From Candidatus Nanohalarchaeota archaeon (GTDB lineage Archaea; Nanohalarchaeota; Nanosalinia; Nanosalinales; JAFCCC01), in contig JAFCCC010000001.1 of NCBI GenBank assembly GCA_017610385.1, positions 64,001 to 128,000 on the forward strand: a DNA stretch of 64,000 bases, in the 5' to 3' direction. The first letter of the stretch is position 1, and every line of letters begins with the position of its first letter. Positions 1 to 10,158 of this stretch are shown piece by piece. A program made the translations under genes and the position numbers. The notes under the pieces are model-generated. The model ran no database searches and was not told the DNA's origin. It was given only the letters and a program-made list of their open reading frames with translations.

Positions 1-468
1 GAATTAGTTCCAGAAATTTTAAAGAATTCTATTGGAGAATTTTCTACAGCATTAAACTCTATATTATACGATAAATACAGTTCAGAAAATTTAGAACAGT
101 CTTTGAGATCTTATACAAATTTTCAGAGGTTTTATTTTAAGAAACATGGTTTAAATCACAAAACATATTTTTTGGTAGGCGTACCAGACGGCAATAAAGT
201 AAATGTTACGTTTGGAAACTTCTATGGCAATTTAGAAAATTTAGAAATTTCTATAAATTCAGAGAAGAAATATTTGTGGGTTAATGATACAGAAATAAGA
301 ACTGTGGTATTTGATAACGTCCCAGAATTTTTTAGTGTCAATCTAATGCTTTCAGAGGATGGAACTCCCGTAAATTACACCATAAACACAGAAAAGAGAA
401 CGTTTTATATTGTGAAACTTGTAGCGGACTTTAAAGAAAATCATTTTGAAGAAGTAAGAAATAGTTAA
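1..468 (+). CDS. Hypothetical protein, 5'-truncated by window edge
   Basis: Frame is open from base 1 to the TAG at 466-468; no recognisable motif. Confidence 0.6.
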   Translation, partial: ELVPEILKNSIGEFSTALNSILYDKYSSENLEQSLRSYTNFQRFYFKKHGLNHKTYFLVGVPDGNKVNVTFGNFYGNLENLEISINSEKKYLWVNDTEIRTVVFDNVPEFFSVNLMLSEDGTPVNYTINTEKRTFYIVKLVADFKENHFEEVRNS

Positions 469-1289
469 AGTAAACCACGAATTGCCAGTTTCTTCCTTAA
501 AAAATACCCATAAAGCAACCCAACGAGTAATCCTGCTAAATGTGCTGTATTTGCAATTGGTGCACCAGCAAGTCTTAAAACGAGATCCAAGACAATAAAA
601 ATAATCAAGGCGCGACTTAATTTTACGGGAATTGGAATAAACATTATAAAAACCCGAATTTCTGGTGCTAAAAATACTAATGCTCCCAATATTCCATAAA
701 TTGCTCCAGAAGCTCCAACTGCGATTGCTGGAAGAGTGTATAGTGCAAATATGCTATACCCCACACTTGCAATTATTCCTGCAACAAAGTAGAGTATTAA
801 AAACCTTAATTTGCCAATTTTTTTCTCTAAATAACGACCAAACATAAATAATACAAACATATTCAAGAAAAGGTGCCAAAGACCAGCATGTAAAAACATG
901 CTAGTAACCAACCGCCAAGGCTGAGCCAATATTTTGGCTGGATCTAATGCAAACAAATTGAAAAAGCTTATATTGGATAACCCGATTAATGAAATAAGAA
1001 TAGTAACACCCACCAAAAAATTAGTAATTTTTTTTGGCAAATAATTTTGAAGGCTGAATTTTTGTTTTTTAGACGCTTCGTGGGCATAATGCCGAAAGGG
1101 TTCGTAGATCACATTTACTTCCTTTTTAGCTCGTTGTTTATGTTCTATTAGACCAGAACATTCGTGATTCTCAGGAAGTCTGTGTTCTGCACAAAAATAT
1201 TTTCCACAAAACTTACATTTAAATGGCATAGAAATTTTTTTCTTGCAATAATAACATTCCGACATAGTAAAATCTTCTCTCTCAAACAT
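465..1289 (-). CDS. AN1-type zinc finger plus rhomboid intramembrane serine protease
   Basis: N-terminal CxxC..CKFCGKYFCAEHRLPENHEC; rhomboid motifs PWRLVTSMFLH, HLFLNM, GASGA, AHLAG. Confidence 0.9.
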   Translation of the reverse strand: MFEREDFTMSECYYCKKKISMPFKCKFCGKYFCAEHRLPENHECSGLIEHKQRAKKEVNVIYEPFRHYAHEASKKQKFSLQNYLPKKITNFLVGVTILISLIGLSNISFFNLFALDPAKILAQPWRLVTSMFLHAGLWHLFLNMFVLFMFGRYLEKKIGKLRFLILYFVAGIIASVGYSIFALYTLPAIAVGASGAIYGILGALVFLAPEIRVFIMFIPIPVKLSRALIIFIVLDLVLRLAGAPIANTAHLAGLLVGLLYGYFLRKKLAIRGLL

Positions 1290-1301
1290 ATATTCTTATT
1301 T

Positions 1302-2795
1302 TTAATGTTTATTTATCTGAGAAAATTTAAGTGCTCCAGAAATAAGCTCATTTACTGTTTTCTCTATATCTGAAATTTTAATTCTGATTTGTTTCATAGA
1401 ATCTTTATCTCTTAGAGTTACTGTTTGATCCTCTTTTGTTTGGTAATCAATAGTAATTACAAAGGGGATTCCTTTTTCGTCGACACGCCTATATCGTCTA
1501 CCGATAGACGCAACTTCGTCATAATAAACTTCTAATTTTGCTTTTTTCAGAGTTTGGTAAATTTTATTAGCTAATTCTGCAATTCCATCTTTTTTAACCA
1601 GGGGGAATACCGCCAATTTGATTGGAGTCAATTGTTTCGGTAATTTTAGAACTGCTCGAGATTCTCCATTAACTGTTTCTACCTTGTAAAAAATATCTAA
1701 TAAACAATAAATTGGTCTATCAACGCCAAATGCTATTTCTAAAATTTGCGGATGAACATTATTCCCATTTTCATCTAAAATCACTAAATTTTCATTTGAA
1801 TATTTTGAGTGTCGCTTTAGATCATAATCTCCTCGATCATGTACACCACAGCACTCAATCCAACCTAAAGAGGTTTTTACTTCAAAATCCCACGCATCAA
1901 CTGCATAGTGCGCTCTTTCATCATCTTTATGTTGTCTTATTCTTAATTTATCCTGAGGAAAACCCAAACGCTCAAACAATTTATATGTTAAAAATAAGTA
2001 ATAGACATAAGCCGGCTTTTCAGTATATTTTGAAACTTCTTGGTAGTTCATTAATTTTTCTTTTTGGGCCTTTTCCTGGAATTCTGCTGGCCAAAAAACA
2101 CCTTTAACAGACTTAAACTCCTTCAATTTACTTTTAAACCGTTCCGAATATTCTAATTCTTTTGTTATGAAAATCTGACCTTCCGCCTGTGTAAATTCTC
2201 TCCCTCGAAGTACATTTTGCCGTGGAGAGATTTCATTTCTATAAGCGCGACCAATCTGAAAAACCTTAATTGGGAGTTTTTTTCTGAAGAAATCATAATA
2301 TCTTTTAAAAGGCAAATAGGTCATTGTAGCTGTTTCAGGACGATTAAATGCCTCTCTTCCACCCACCTCTGTTTTAATCATTAAATTAAAGGATTCAACT
2401 TTAGATCCGAGAGCCCCGTTGCAATTAGGACACTTAACTTTATTTTCCTTTATTCTCTTCAGAAGCTCTTTTACTGAGATTCCTTTTTCTTCTGCTAATT
2501 TATCAATTCTAAAAGACCTTTTACATTTTTTACAAATTACTACTTTATCAACAAAACCCAATAAATGACCAGAACCCTCCCAAACTTCTTTTGGTGCAAT
2601 AAAAGGCGATTCTATTTCGAAGAAATCTTGAACTTTGAATTCATTTCGAATTGTGTTTTCTACATTTCGTTTTAATAAGGTGCCCAGTGGTCCATAAGTA
2701 TAAAAACCAGCTAATCCTCCATAAATTTCAGGCTCGGGCCCCCAAATAAATCCGTTTTTAATTAAAAAAGATTCAAAATCATTTGTTCTTGCCAT
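1302..2795 (-). CDS. glyS: Glycine--tRNA ligase (alpha2, archaeal/eukaryal type)
   Basis: EIYGG..GFYTYGPLG, RPETA, RNEISPRQ..LRGREFTQAE, anticodon domain SIGRRYRRVDE. Confidence 0.95.
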   Translation of the reverse strand: MARTNDFESFLIKNGFIWGPEPEIYGGLAGFYTYGPLGTLLKRNVENTIRNEFKVQDFFEIESPFIAPKEVWEGSGHLLGFVDKVVICKKCKRSFRIDKLAEEKGISVKELLKRIKENKVKCPNCNGALGSKVESFNLMIKTEVGGREAFNRPETATMTYLPFKRYYDFFRKKLPIKVFQIGRAYRNEISPRQNVLRGREFTQAEGQIFITKELEYSERFKSKLKEFKSVKGVFWPAEFQEKAQKEKLMNYQEVSKYTEKPAYVYYLFLTYKLFERLGFPQDKLRIRQHKDDERAHYAVDAWDFEVKTSLGWIECCGVHDRGDYDLKRHSKYSNENLVILDENGNNVHPQILEIAFGVDRPIYCLLDIFYKVETVNGESRAVLKLPKQLTPIKLAVFPLVKKDGIAELANKIYQTLKKAKLEVYYDEVASIGRRYRRVDEKGIPFVITIDYQTKEDQTVTLRDKDSMKQIRIKISDIEKTVNELISGALKFSQINKH

Positions 2796-3126
2796 TTTCT
2801 TCTCTTAAAAATAAAGTCTTTTATAGTTATAAAATTATACTCAATTTATGAGAGCAATAGATTATCGGTGGCTCTGAAAACCGAAACGATTTCTTTAGTT
2901 GTATCTCTAATTTATTGTGGCGTAGTTATATTTAATTTATAAGCTCGGCATCAGCTTTGTAACTCAATCAGCGTAAGCTCTACGGTTCATTTCAAATTTT
3001 GAACCGTAAGATATTTAAATAAGATAGAATAAGAAATATTATGTTTAAAATGAAACTAAGTGAGTATCTTTGGCTTTGAATTCTTAAATGCACTTAGTTT
3101 AAACATTTTTTCTAAAGAAAATTTAA

Positions 3127-3376
3127 GGGGTTGTAGTTTAATCCGGCAGAATATTCGGCTCCAGATAACAGCTAGCTTAGTTAACATGCTCAACGAGTTG
3201 CGGGCAACTCACTTCACTTCGACGTTTAATTTTGCTTGAATTGGGAATGCATTAATTTCCGATTTAGGAAACTTAACAAGTTTCCGTGAGCTTTTATTTG
3301 AAAAGCTCATCCGAGCGCTCGGACTTTCTGGTTTTGGAGAAACCGAAGGATCTGGGTTCAAATCCCAGCGACCCCA
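3127..3376 (+). tRNA. tRNA-Trp(CCA) with intron at 37/38
   Basis: Acceptor GGGGTTG/CGACCCC+A; anticodon stem TTCGG/CCGAA with CT-CCA-G; T-arm CTGGG-TTCAAAT-CCCAG; exons 3127-3164 and 3342-3376. Confidence 0.92.
3165..3341 (+). other. 177-nt tRNA-Trp intron carrying a multi-hairpin element
   Basis: Interrupts the anticodon loop after position 37; intron 3' end TTTGGAG can pair with exon CTCCA (BHB-like); several internal hairpins. Confidence 0.8.
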
Positions 3377-3418
3377 TCAAAACAAATTATTAAATGTCAG
3401 AGGAGGTAATTAATTAAA

Positions 3419-4534
3419 ATGACAAAAATGATCGTCACGCCATGGACTGTTGAAGGAGACATAAACTATGAACGGTTGATTAAAGAGTTTGGAATTCAAC
3501 CACTTAGAAAATTACCAGATGTTTTTGAAAAAAATGTTTTGTATAGAAGACGTGTCGTTTTTGCACACAGAGATTTTGACAAAATTATAAGGGCGATTGA
3601 TCAAAAGAAAAAGGTCGTAATGATGACTGGTCTAATGCCTTCTGGAAAATTTCATTTGGGACATATGTTGCTTGCACAGCAATTTGTTTTTTATCAGAAA
3701 CTAGGAGTTAAATTGTATATTGCAGTGGCAGATCTTGAGGCATATAATGCCCGCCAAAAAACAACAGAAGAATTAAGGGAGATTGCAATTGATCAGTATT
3801 TATTAAATTATATTGCATTGGGATTAAAACCAGAAAATGTCGATTTTTATTTTCAAAGTGAAAGAAGTAAGGACGCAAAAAAATCAAATGCATTTTATTC
3901 TTTAGCAGGCAAATTTGCGCGTTATGCTACGTTTAATGAATTTAAAGGAGTTTATGGAGAAATTACGCCAGGAAAGATGTCTTCATCTCTTTTACAAGCA
4001 GCAGATATGTATCATCCACAATTAAAAGAGTTTGAGGGTCCAAATACTTTCACTTTTATTCCTGTTGGAATCGATCAAGACCCACACATAAGATTAGCGA
4101 GAGGAATGGCAAATAGAATGAAAGATTACACTTTTACTTCAATTGCTTCAACATATCATACTTTTCTTCCTGCACTAAATGGGAAAGGAAAAATGTCCAG
4201 TTCAAAGGAATCCTCTTTTATTGCGATGACAGATGATGAAAAAACTGTTGAAAACAAAATCAAAAAATACGCATTTTCTGGAGGCAGAACCACTGTGAAA
4301 GAACACAGAGAAAAAGGCGGTAATCCAGATAAAGATGTTTCCTTTCAATATTTGAAAATGTTCTTTGAACCAAATGATAAAAAATTAGAAAATATTTATA
4401 ACTCGTATAGCTCCGGAGAAATGTTGAGTGGAGAATTAAAACAGATCCTAATTGAAAAAATAAATGCGTTTTTGAAGGCGCACCAAAAAAACAGAGAAAA
4501 AAGCAAAAAGCTACTTGATAAGTTTATTTATTAG
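3419..4534 (+). CDS. trpS: Tryptophan--tRNA ligase
   Basis: VTPWTVEG, TGLMPSGKFHLGH (HIGH), PVGIDQDPH, KMSSS, KKYAFSGGR. Confidence 0.95.
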   Translation: MTKMIVTPWTVEGDINYERLIKEFGIQPLRKLPDVFEKNVLYRRRVVFAHRDFDKIIRAIDQKKKVVMMTGLMPSGKFHLGHMLLAQQFVFYQKLGVKLYIAVADLEAYNARQKTTEELREIAIDQYLLNYIALGLKPENVDFYFQSERSKDAKKSNAFYSLAGKFARYATFNEFKGVYGEITPGKMSSSLLQAADMYHPQLKEFEGPNTFTFIPVGIDQDPHIRLARGMANRMKDYTFTSIASTYHTFLPALNGKGKMSSSKESSFIAMTDDEKTVENKIKKYAFSGGRTTVKEHREKGGNPDKDVSFQYLKMFFEPNDKKLENIYNSYSSGEMLSGELKQILIEKINAFLKAHQKNREKSKKLLDKFIY

Positions 4535-5121
4535 TTCTTTTTAATACTTCTTTTTTTCCACTTGATCCAAATTATATAGAATAAAACCAATAGAATAGAC
4601 ACAACAAAGGTAGTTAGACCCCAGTAAATCTTTAAAAATTCTACAATTTGCTGACCAAACAACATAATGATAAATGCTTCTGTGAAAAAACGTGCACCGC
4701 GAGAAATAAAGGAAACTAAAATAAATCTTTTCAAATTATGATTAAAGACACCCGAAGTAATAGTAAAAACTTTGTAAGGAATCGGAGAAAATCCAGAAAT
4801 TCCTAATGCCCAGTCACCATATTTTTTATAATACAAGTCAATCTTGTTTGCTCTATCTTTTGAAATGATTTTTCTTAACAACGGTCTGCCACCTTTTTTA
4901 CCTATAAAATAGCCAAATAAAGCTCCAGAAGTAGATCCTAAAGTGCAAACTAAAGCGTAAAGCCACCATAAATTTGGGGCTAATAAGGTTAAAGGAATTA
5001 AAAAGACATCTGGTGGTATCGGAAAAAAAGATGCCTCAATAAACGCTAAAATGAACAATCCAAAAATCCCCATATTTTCTAGAGCAGTTTGGACAGCAAT
5101 AAAAAAAGAAGTGATGGTCAT
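4531..5121 (-). CDS. DedA/YqaA (SNARE-associated) membrane protein
   Basis: AFIEASFFPIPPDVFLIP, GFSPIPYKVFTITSG, SRGARF. Confidence 0.88.
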   Translation of the reverse strand: MTITSFFIAVQTALENMGIFGLFILAFIEASFFPIPPDVFLIPLTLLAPNLWWLYALVCTLGSTSGALFGYFIGKKGGRPLLRKIISKDRANKIDLYYKKYGDWALGISGFSPIPYKVFTITSGVFNHNLKRFILVSFISRGARFFTEAFIIMLFGQQIVEFLKIYWGLTTFVVSILLVLFYIIWIKWKKRSIKKN

Positions 5122-5289
5122 TTTTCTAAAGTAGTTTTATATATTTTTAATCCTTTGTTCTTTTTAGAAAGTGGGTATCATTTCAATTTATAAAATAATT
5201 TGTATCATGAAATGCTTTCTGCTTAGTTTCAATTATTTATTCTACAAATTCTATTTTATTAACAGAAGAAAATAATTTTGGTGATTTAT

Positions 5290-6789
5290 ATGAGTGAAGC
5301 CCCACTAAAAGCAATTGAAGTTTTAGAGCATTTAGAGAAATTGGGGGGAATCGCTTTTGTAAAACAAATAGAAGAAAAGGGCCTAGCGCACTCTGCAATT
5401 ATGCGTTCTATTTTATTTTTAGAGGAAAATAACCACATTAAAAAATACGAAAGCAAAAAGGATTTATTTATTTTGACAAAAAGGGGTAAAGAGGCCGTAA
5501 AAGACGGATTACCAGAAAGAAATTTAATTCGGGGCTTTAATGGAAAAAATAAAATGTCTTTCTCAGAACTGAAAATAAAAAATGTTGGTGTGGCCTTGGC
5601 CCAAGCTAAAAAATTAAATTTGATTTCTATTGGTTCTAATAAGACTTTTGAATTAACAAAGAGTGGGAAAAATTTAATCAATAATAAATCTGCAGAGGAG
5701 ATCGCATTAAAAAACATTGAAAATGGGAAAATAAGGAAAGATGTGTTGAAAAACCTTTTAGAAAGGGGGCTTATTGAAAATAAAGTTCAAAAAACAATTA
5801 AAATTTCTATTTTACCTGCTGGAAAAGAATTATTAAAAAAAGGAATAATTAAAACCATAACCTCGTTGGATTCAAAATTAATACGATCCAGAGACTGGAA
5901 AAAAGTGAAATTTAGAGCATATAATGTCAAAGATCCAGTTAAAATACCCATAATCGGAAAGAAACATGTTATTTCAGATGCTATAGAATATGTACGAAAC
6001 ATTTGGTTGGAAATGGGATTTAAAGAAATGACCGGCCCAATGTTAGATACAAACTTCTGGGTTTTCGACGCACTTTATCAACCTCAAGATCACCCTGCAC
6101 GAGATATGCAAGATACACTTTTTATGAAAATTCCAAGCAAAGGGAGACTTCCTTCAAAAGAATTAGTTAATGCTGTAAAAAACGCACATGAAACCGGTGG
6201 CGATACTCAATCTACTGGATGGGGATATAAATGGAATTTAGAATTTGCTAAGAAATGTATTTTAAGAACTCATACCACATCTCTCTCAGCAAGAACTCTT
6301 GCGCAATTAAGAAAAGATGTAAAAGAAAATAATCTTCCTGCAAAATATTTTTCAGTTGGACGAACTTTTAGAAATGAAACTCTAGATTGGAAGCATTTAA
6401 TAGAGTTCCATCAAACAGATGGAATTGTTGTGGGTGAATCTGTAAACTTCAGGCAATTTTTATTCTATCTAAGAAGATACTTCCAAAAATTAGGCTTTCA
6501 GAAAGTAAGATTTAGGCCAGCTTATTTTCCTTATACAGAAATGTCTACAGAGATAGAGGTATTTCATCCCGTCCATAAAAAATGGTTAGAATTGGGTGGC
6601 GCAGGTATGTTTAGACCAGAAGTAGTTAAGCCATTATTAGGAAAAGATATTCCTGTTTTAGCTTGGGGTCCTGGTTTCGAAAGAATTTTGATGGTACAAT
6701 ATGAACTAAATGATATTCGAAAATTGTATAATAATGATTTAAAAGAATCACGAGAAAGGGTTTTGTGGGGTGCAAAATGCCTACGATAA
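5290..6789 (+). CDS. pheS: Phenylalanine--tRNA ligase alpha subunit
   Basis: FDALYQPQDHPARDMQDT, LRTHTT, FRNETLDWKHLIEFHQ, FRPAYFPYTE, ELGGAGMFRPEV. Confidence 0.96.
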   Translation: MSEAPLKAIEVLEHLEKLGGIAFVKQIEEKGLAHSAIMRSILFLEENNHIKKYESKKDLFILTKRGKEAVKDGLPERNLIRGFNGKNKMSFSELKIKNVGVALAQAKKLNLISIGSNKTFELTKSGKNLINNKSAEEIALKNIENGKIRKDVLKNLLERGLIENKVQKTIKISILPAGKELLKKGIIKTITSLDSKLIRSRDWKKVKFRAYNVKDPVKIPIIGKKHVISDAIEYVRNIWLEMGFKEMTGPMLDTNFWVFDALYQPQDHPARDMQDTLFMKIPSKGRLPSKELVNAVKNAHETGGDTQSTGWGYKWNLEFAKKCILRTHTTSLSARTLAQLRKDVKENNLPAKYFSVGRTFRNETLDWKHLIEFHQTDGIVVGESVNFRQFLFYLRRYFQKLGFQKVRFRPAYFPYTEMSTEIEVFHPVHKKWLELGGAGMFRPEVVKPLLGKDIPVLAWGPGFERILMVQYELNDIRKLYNNDLKESRERVLWGAKCLR

Positions 6790-8450
6790 CAATAACTCTT
6801 GACGATTTAAATCAATTAAGTGGAGCGGACTTTACGTTAAACGAATTAAAAGAGCATCTTCCCATGATAGGTTCTTGTTGGGAAAGTGAAGTCGGAAACG
6901 AGTTTGTTTTGGAATTATTTCCAAATAGACCAGATATGTTATCCTTGGAGGGTTTAGCGCGGGCTTTTTCCTCGTTTATGAATATTAAAACCGGTTTAAG
7001 AAAATATATTGCAAAAGACTCTAAATTCGAGATTAATGTAGATCCAAAAGTAAAAAAAATCAGACCGTATATTGTTTCCTGTGTTGTTAAAAATGTAGAA
7101 TTTAATGACAGATTAATTAGATCTATAATGCAATTACAAGAAAAACTTCATATGACGCATTGCAGAAAAAGAAGAAAATGTGCAATAGGTGTTTATGATT
7201 TGGATCAAATAAAATTTCCTTTAAAATATACAACAAAATCGAAAAATACTAAATTTATTCCTTTAGATGAAAACAAAGAATTTACTTTTGAAAATACGTT
7301 GAAAAAAACCCAGAAGGGGAAAGACTATGCAGGAATTTTAGAAAATTTAAAAGAATATCCTTGTTTAATTGATTCAAAAAATAAAATTCTTTCACTAATT
7401 CCTATTTTAAATTCAAATAACACAAAAATTACTGAAAACACGCAAAATATTCTAATTGAGGCGACAGCGACAGATGAAAAAACCGCACTTCAGGCATTGA
7501 ATATTATTGCAACTTCTTTTGCAGATCATTATTCTGATTTATATAAAGTAAAAATTAATTATGGAAATAAAAAAATCACAACTCCAAATCTAGAAGTTAG
7601 TAAAATTAAAGTCAAATTAGAATATATAAATAAATTATTGGGAATGAATTTTTCTAAAGAAGAAATTAAAATTCTTTTGAATAAAATGGGTTTGGGAATT
7701 TCTAAAAAATCAATAGCAAATGAATTAGAAGTTTTAATTCCGTGTTATAGAACTGATATTATGCATTCGATGGATGTTGTGGAAGATATTGCTATAGCAT
7801 ACAGGTATAATAACTTTGAATCAGAGCCGCCTGAGATTGCCACTATTGGCGAAGAAAACCCCTTAGAAGTATTTACTAGAAATGTTCGTCATTTAATGAT
7901 AGGTCAGGGTTTGCAAGAAGTAGTAACCTTTATTTTGAGCAATAAAGAAAAATTATTTAAGAAATTAAATTCGAATGAAGAAAAACTTGCTGAAATTGAG
8001 AACCCAAAAACCAGAGAATATTGTGTTGTCAGAAATAAATTATTGCCAAGTTTGCTGGAAGTATTGTCAAATAATACTCATAATGAGTATCCACAAAATA
8101 TTTTTGAAATTGGAGATATTATTGAATTAGATTCTAAAGAGGAAACAATGTCTAAGACGGTTAGAAAACTGGCGGTTTGTTTAAGCCACAAAGATACAAA
8201 TTTCTCTGAAATTAAGGGAATTTTAGAATCGCTTTTTTTGAATTTGGGTCTTTCAAAGTATTCTATTAAACAATTAGAAAGAACCCATTATATTCCGGGC
8301 AGGTCCGCTAAACTGGAAATAAATGGAAAAGTAATTGGGGAGTTTGGGGAAATTCATCCACAGGTTCTAAATAATTGGAATATTGAAATGCCAGTTTCTA
8401 GTTTGGAAATTAATTTCTCAGAATTGTTTAAAATTCTAAACAAGGATTAA
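6777..8450 (+). CDS. pheT: Phenylalanine--tRNA ligase beta subunit (archaeal type)
   Basis: MPTITI start, PNRPDMLS, QLQEKLH, RTDIMHSMDVVEDIAIAY, GEIHPQVL; overlaps pheS end. Confidence 0.95.
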   Translation: MPTITITLDDLNQLSGADFTLNELKEHLPMIGSCWESEVGNEFVLELFPNRPDMLSLEGLARAFSSFMNIKTGLRKYIAKDSKFEINVDPKVKKIRPYIVSCVVKNVEFNDRLIRSIMQLQEKLHMTHCRKRRKCAIGVYDLDQIKFPLKYTTKSKNTKFIPLDENKEFTFENTLKKTQKGKDYAGILENLKEYPCLIDSKNKILSLIPILNSNNTKITENTQNILIEATATDEKTALQALNIIATSFADHYSDLYKVKINYGNKKITTPNLEVSKIKVKLEYINKLLGMNFSKEEIKILLNKMGLGISKKSIANELEVLIPCYRTDIMHSMDVVEDIAIAYRYNNFESEPPEIATIGEENPLEVFTRNVRHLMIGQGLQEVVTFILSNKEKLFKKLNSNEEKLAEIENPKTREYCVVRNKLLPSLLEVLSNNTHNEYPQNIFEIGDIIELDSKEETMSKTVRKLAVCLSHKDTNFSEIKGILESLFLNLGLSKYSIKQLERTHYIPGRSAKLEINGKVIGEFGEIHPQVLNNWNIEMPVSSLEINFSELFKILNKD

Positions 8451-9214
8451 TTCAAGAATCCAAAAATTCGTGTAATCCAATTTCTTTTTTTCGCTTTTGG
8501 AACATAATCCGATCCACTTAAATGTGCTGCTAATTTCTTTAATTCAGTTGCAGCAGAGGAATCTGGTCTATGATGAACAACCGGGCTCTTCATTGCTAGA
8601 CTTTCGGCAACCTTTTTATCTTCTGGAATTGTTGCAATGACTGGGTGTCCAATCATAGCCTCAACTTCTTCTACACTTAATTCGCTTGGAGATTTTCTTA
8701 TTCTATTTAAAACAACACCCAAAACCTTGGTTCCACATTCTTCAGCAATATTTGCTGTTTTTAATGCGTCTGTAACCGCAGGCAAATTTGGATTTGTAAC
8801 AAGAAGTAATTCATCTGAGCTCTCAATTGCTTTAATTGCTTCTCTACCAAGTCCAGCAGCACTATCAATTAAAACAACGTCTGGTTCTCCAACTAAATCT
8901 AATAAAACACCGCCTAGTTTATTCGGAGAGGTACTTTTCAAATCTTCTATAGAAAGTCCTGCAGGAATAACTTTTAAGCCAGAATTATGCAGATATGTGG
9001 CCTCACTAATATGTGCTTCTCCTCTTAAAACATCATGAAGAGTTTTAGGATATAATGGAACACCTAAATGAAATCCTAAATTAGGATTAGTTAAATTCGC
9101 ATCAACCACAACAGTATCTTTACCAAATTGAGTTAGTGCAGCCCCCAAATTTGCGGTGACTGTTGTTTTACCTACTCCTCCTTTCCCAGAACTTACACAT
9201 ATTAATCTTGTCAT
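8447..9214 (-). CDS. minD: MinD-family ATPase
   Basis: SGKGGVGKTT deviant Walker A, DSAAGLGREA, amphipathic C-terminus WITRIFGF. Confidence 0.9.
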   Translation of the reverse strand: MTRLICVSSGKGGVGKTTVTANLGAALTQFGKDTVVVDANLTNPNLGFHLGVPLYPKTLHDVLRGEAHISEATYLHNSGLKVIPAGLSIEDLKSTSPNKLGGVLLDLVGEPDVVLIDSAAGLGREAIKAIESSDELLLVTNPNLPAVTDALKTANIAEECGTKVLGVVLNRIRKSPSELSVEEVEAMIGHPVIATIPEDKKVAESLAMKSPVVHHRPDSSAATELKKLAAHLSGSDYVPKAKKRNWITRIFGFLN

Positions 9215-9465
9215 TTTTATACGTTACAATTTGGGCAGTGCAAATATTAAAAGGTTAGCTCCAAAATTGTCAGATTAAAGAAAGTAATTTGGTGGGATTA
9301 TTTGCATAGAATATCAGCTAGTTGTGATGAATGGGCTTTTTACTGAATTACTTATCCCAAAATTGAACATACGGCCACCCAAATCACAATTAAAATTGAA
9401 TCTTCTTAAAATAAAACATCAAAACTATCAATAAAGATAGTTTTAAATACTAATTATAAGAAAGT

Positions 9466-10158
9466 ATGGTTATGAATGCCATTACACTTCTGAAATTGTT
9501 GGAAGATAAATCAGTTTTCAGAATGGAAGATATACAAAGAATTAAGAAATGTAGCCAAGGGTATGCTTGGCAAGTTCTTGCTAGACTTCGTAAAAAAGGT
9601 ATTATCAAAAAAGTAAGTGAAAATAGTTACACCACAAAAAGCGACATAAACGTAGTAGCCACTAATTTGTTATATCCTTCTTATATCTCATTTTTGTATG
9701 CTTCATATTATTATGGATATACAGAACAAATAGTGAGGATTGTACAACTTGCTACCACTACAAGGAAAAAAGAAATAGACTTTGAAAAATATACAATCAA
9801 ATTTATTCCTATAAAGCATTTTTTTGGCTACAAGAAAATAAGAATATCAGAAGGTGAAATCTTCATAGCAGAAAATGAAAAGTTGTGTATAGATGCCCTA
9901 TTGAGACCAAAAGAGTGTGGAAATTTCAATGAAATCGAAAAAATGTTTGAAAATGCCAAAATTTCAAAAAAGAAGATAATAGAATACTTAAAAAGAACTA
10001 AAATGCAATCATTGATAAAACGAGCAGGTTTTCTTCTAGAAAAACACCAAAACATAGATGTTAGAAGACATTTTGAGCTTGATAAAAATTATACAATCCT
10101 TAATCCCTTTCAAGATAAATGCACAGTGTTAAACAGTAAGTGGCGAGTAAAAACATGA
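9466..10158 (+). CDS. AbiEi-like type IV antitoxin / transcriptional regulator
   Basis: N-terminal wHTH-like region, PSYISFLYASYYYGYTEQ, IAENEKLCIDAL; coupled to the nucleotidyltransferase gene. Confidence 0.8.
   Translation: MVMNAITLLKLLEDKSVFRMEDIQRIKKCSQGYAWQVLARLRKKGIIKKVSENSYTTKSDINVVATNLLYPSYISFLYASYYYGYTEQIVRIVQLATTTRKKEIDFEKYTIKFIPIKHFFGYKKIRISEGEIFIAENEKLCIDALLRPKECGNFNEIEKMFENAKISKKKIIEYLKRTKMQSLIKRAGFLLEKHQNIDVRRHFELDKNYTILNPFQDKCTVLNSKWRVKT

Noticed and set aside
9324-9395. Box C/D-like GTGATGA-12 nt-CTGA in the minD/abiE spacer
   Set aside because: No convincing C' or terminal D box follows and no guide target was identified
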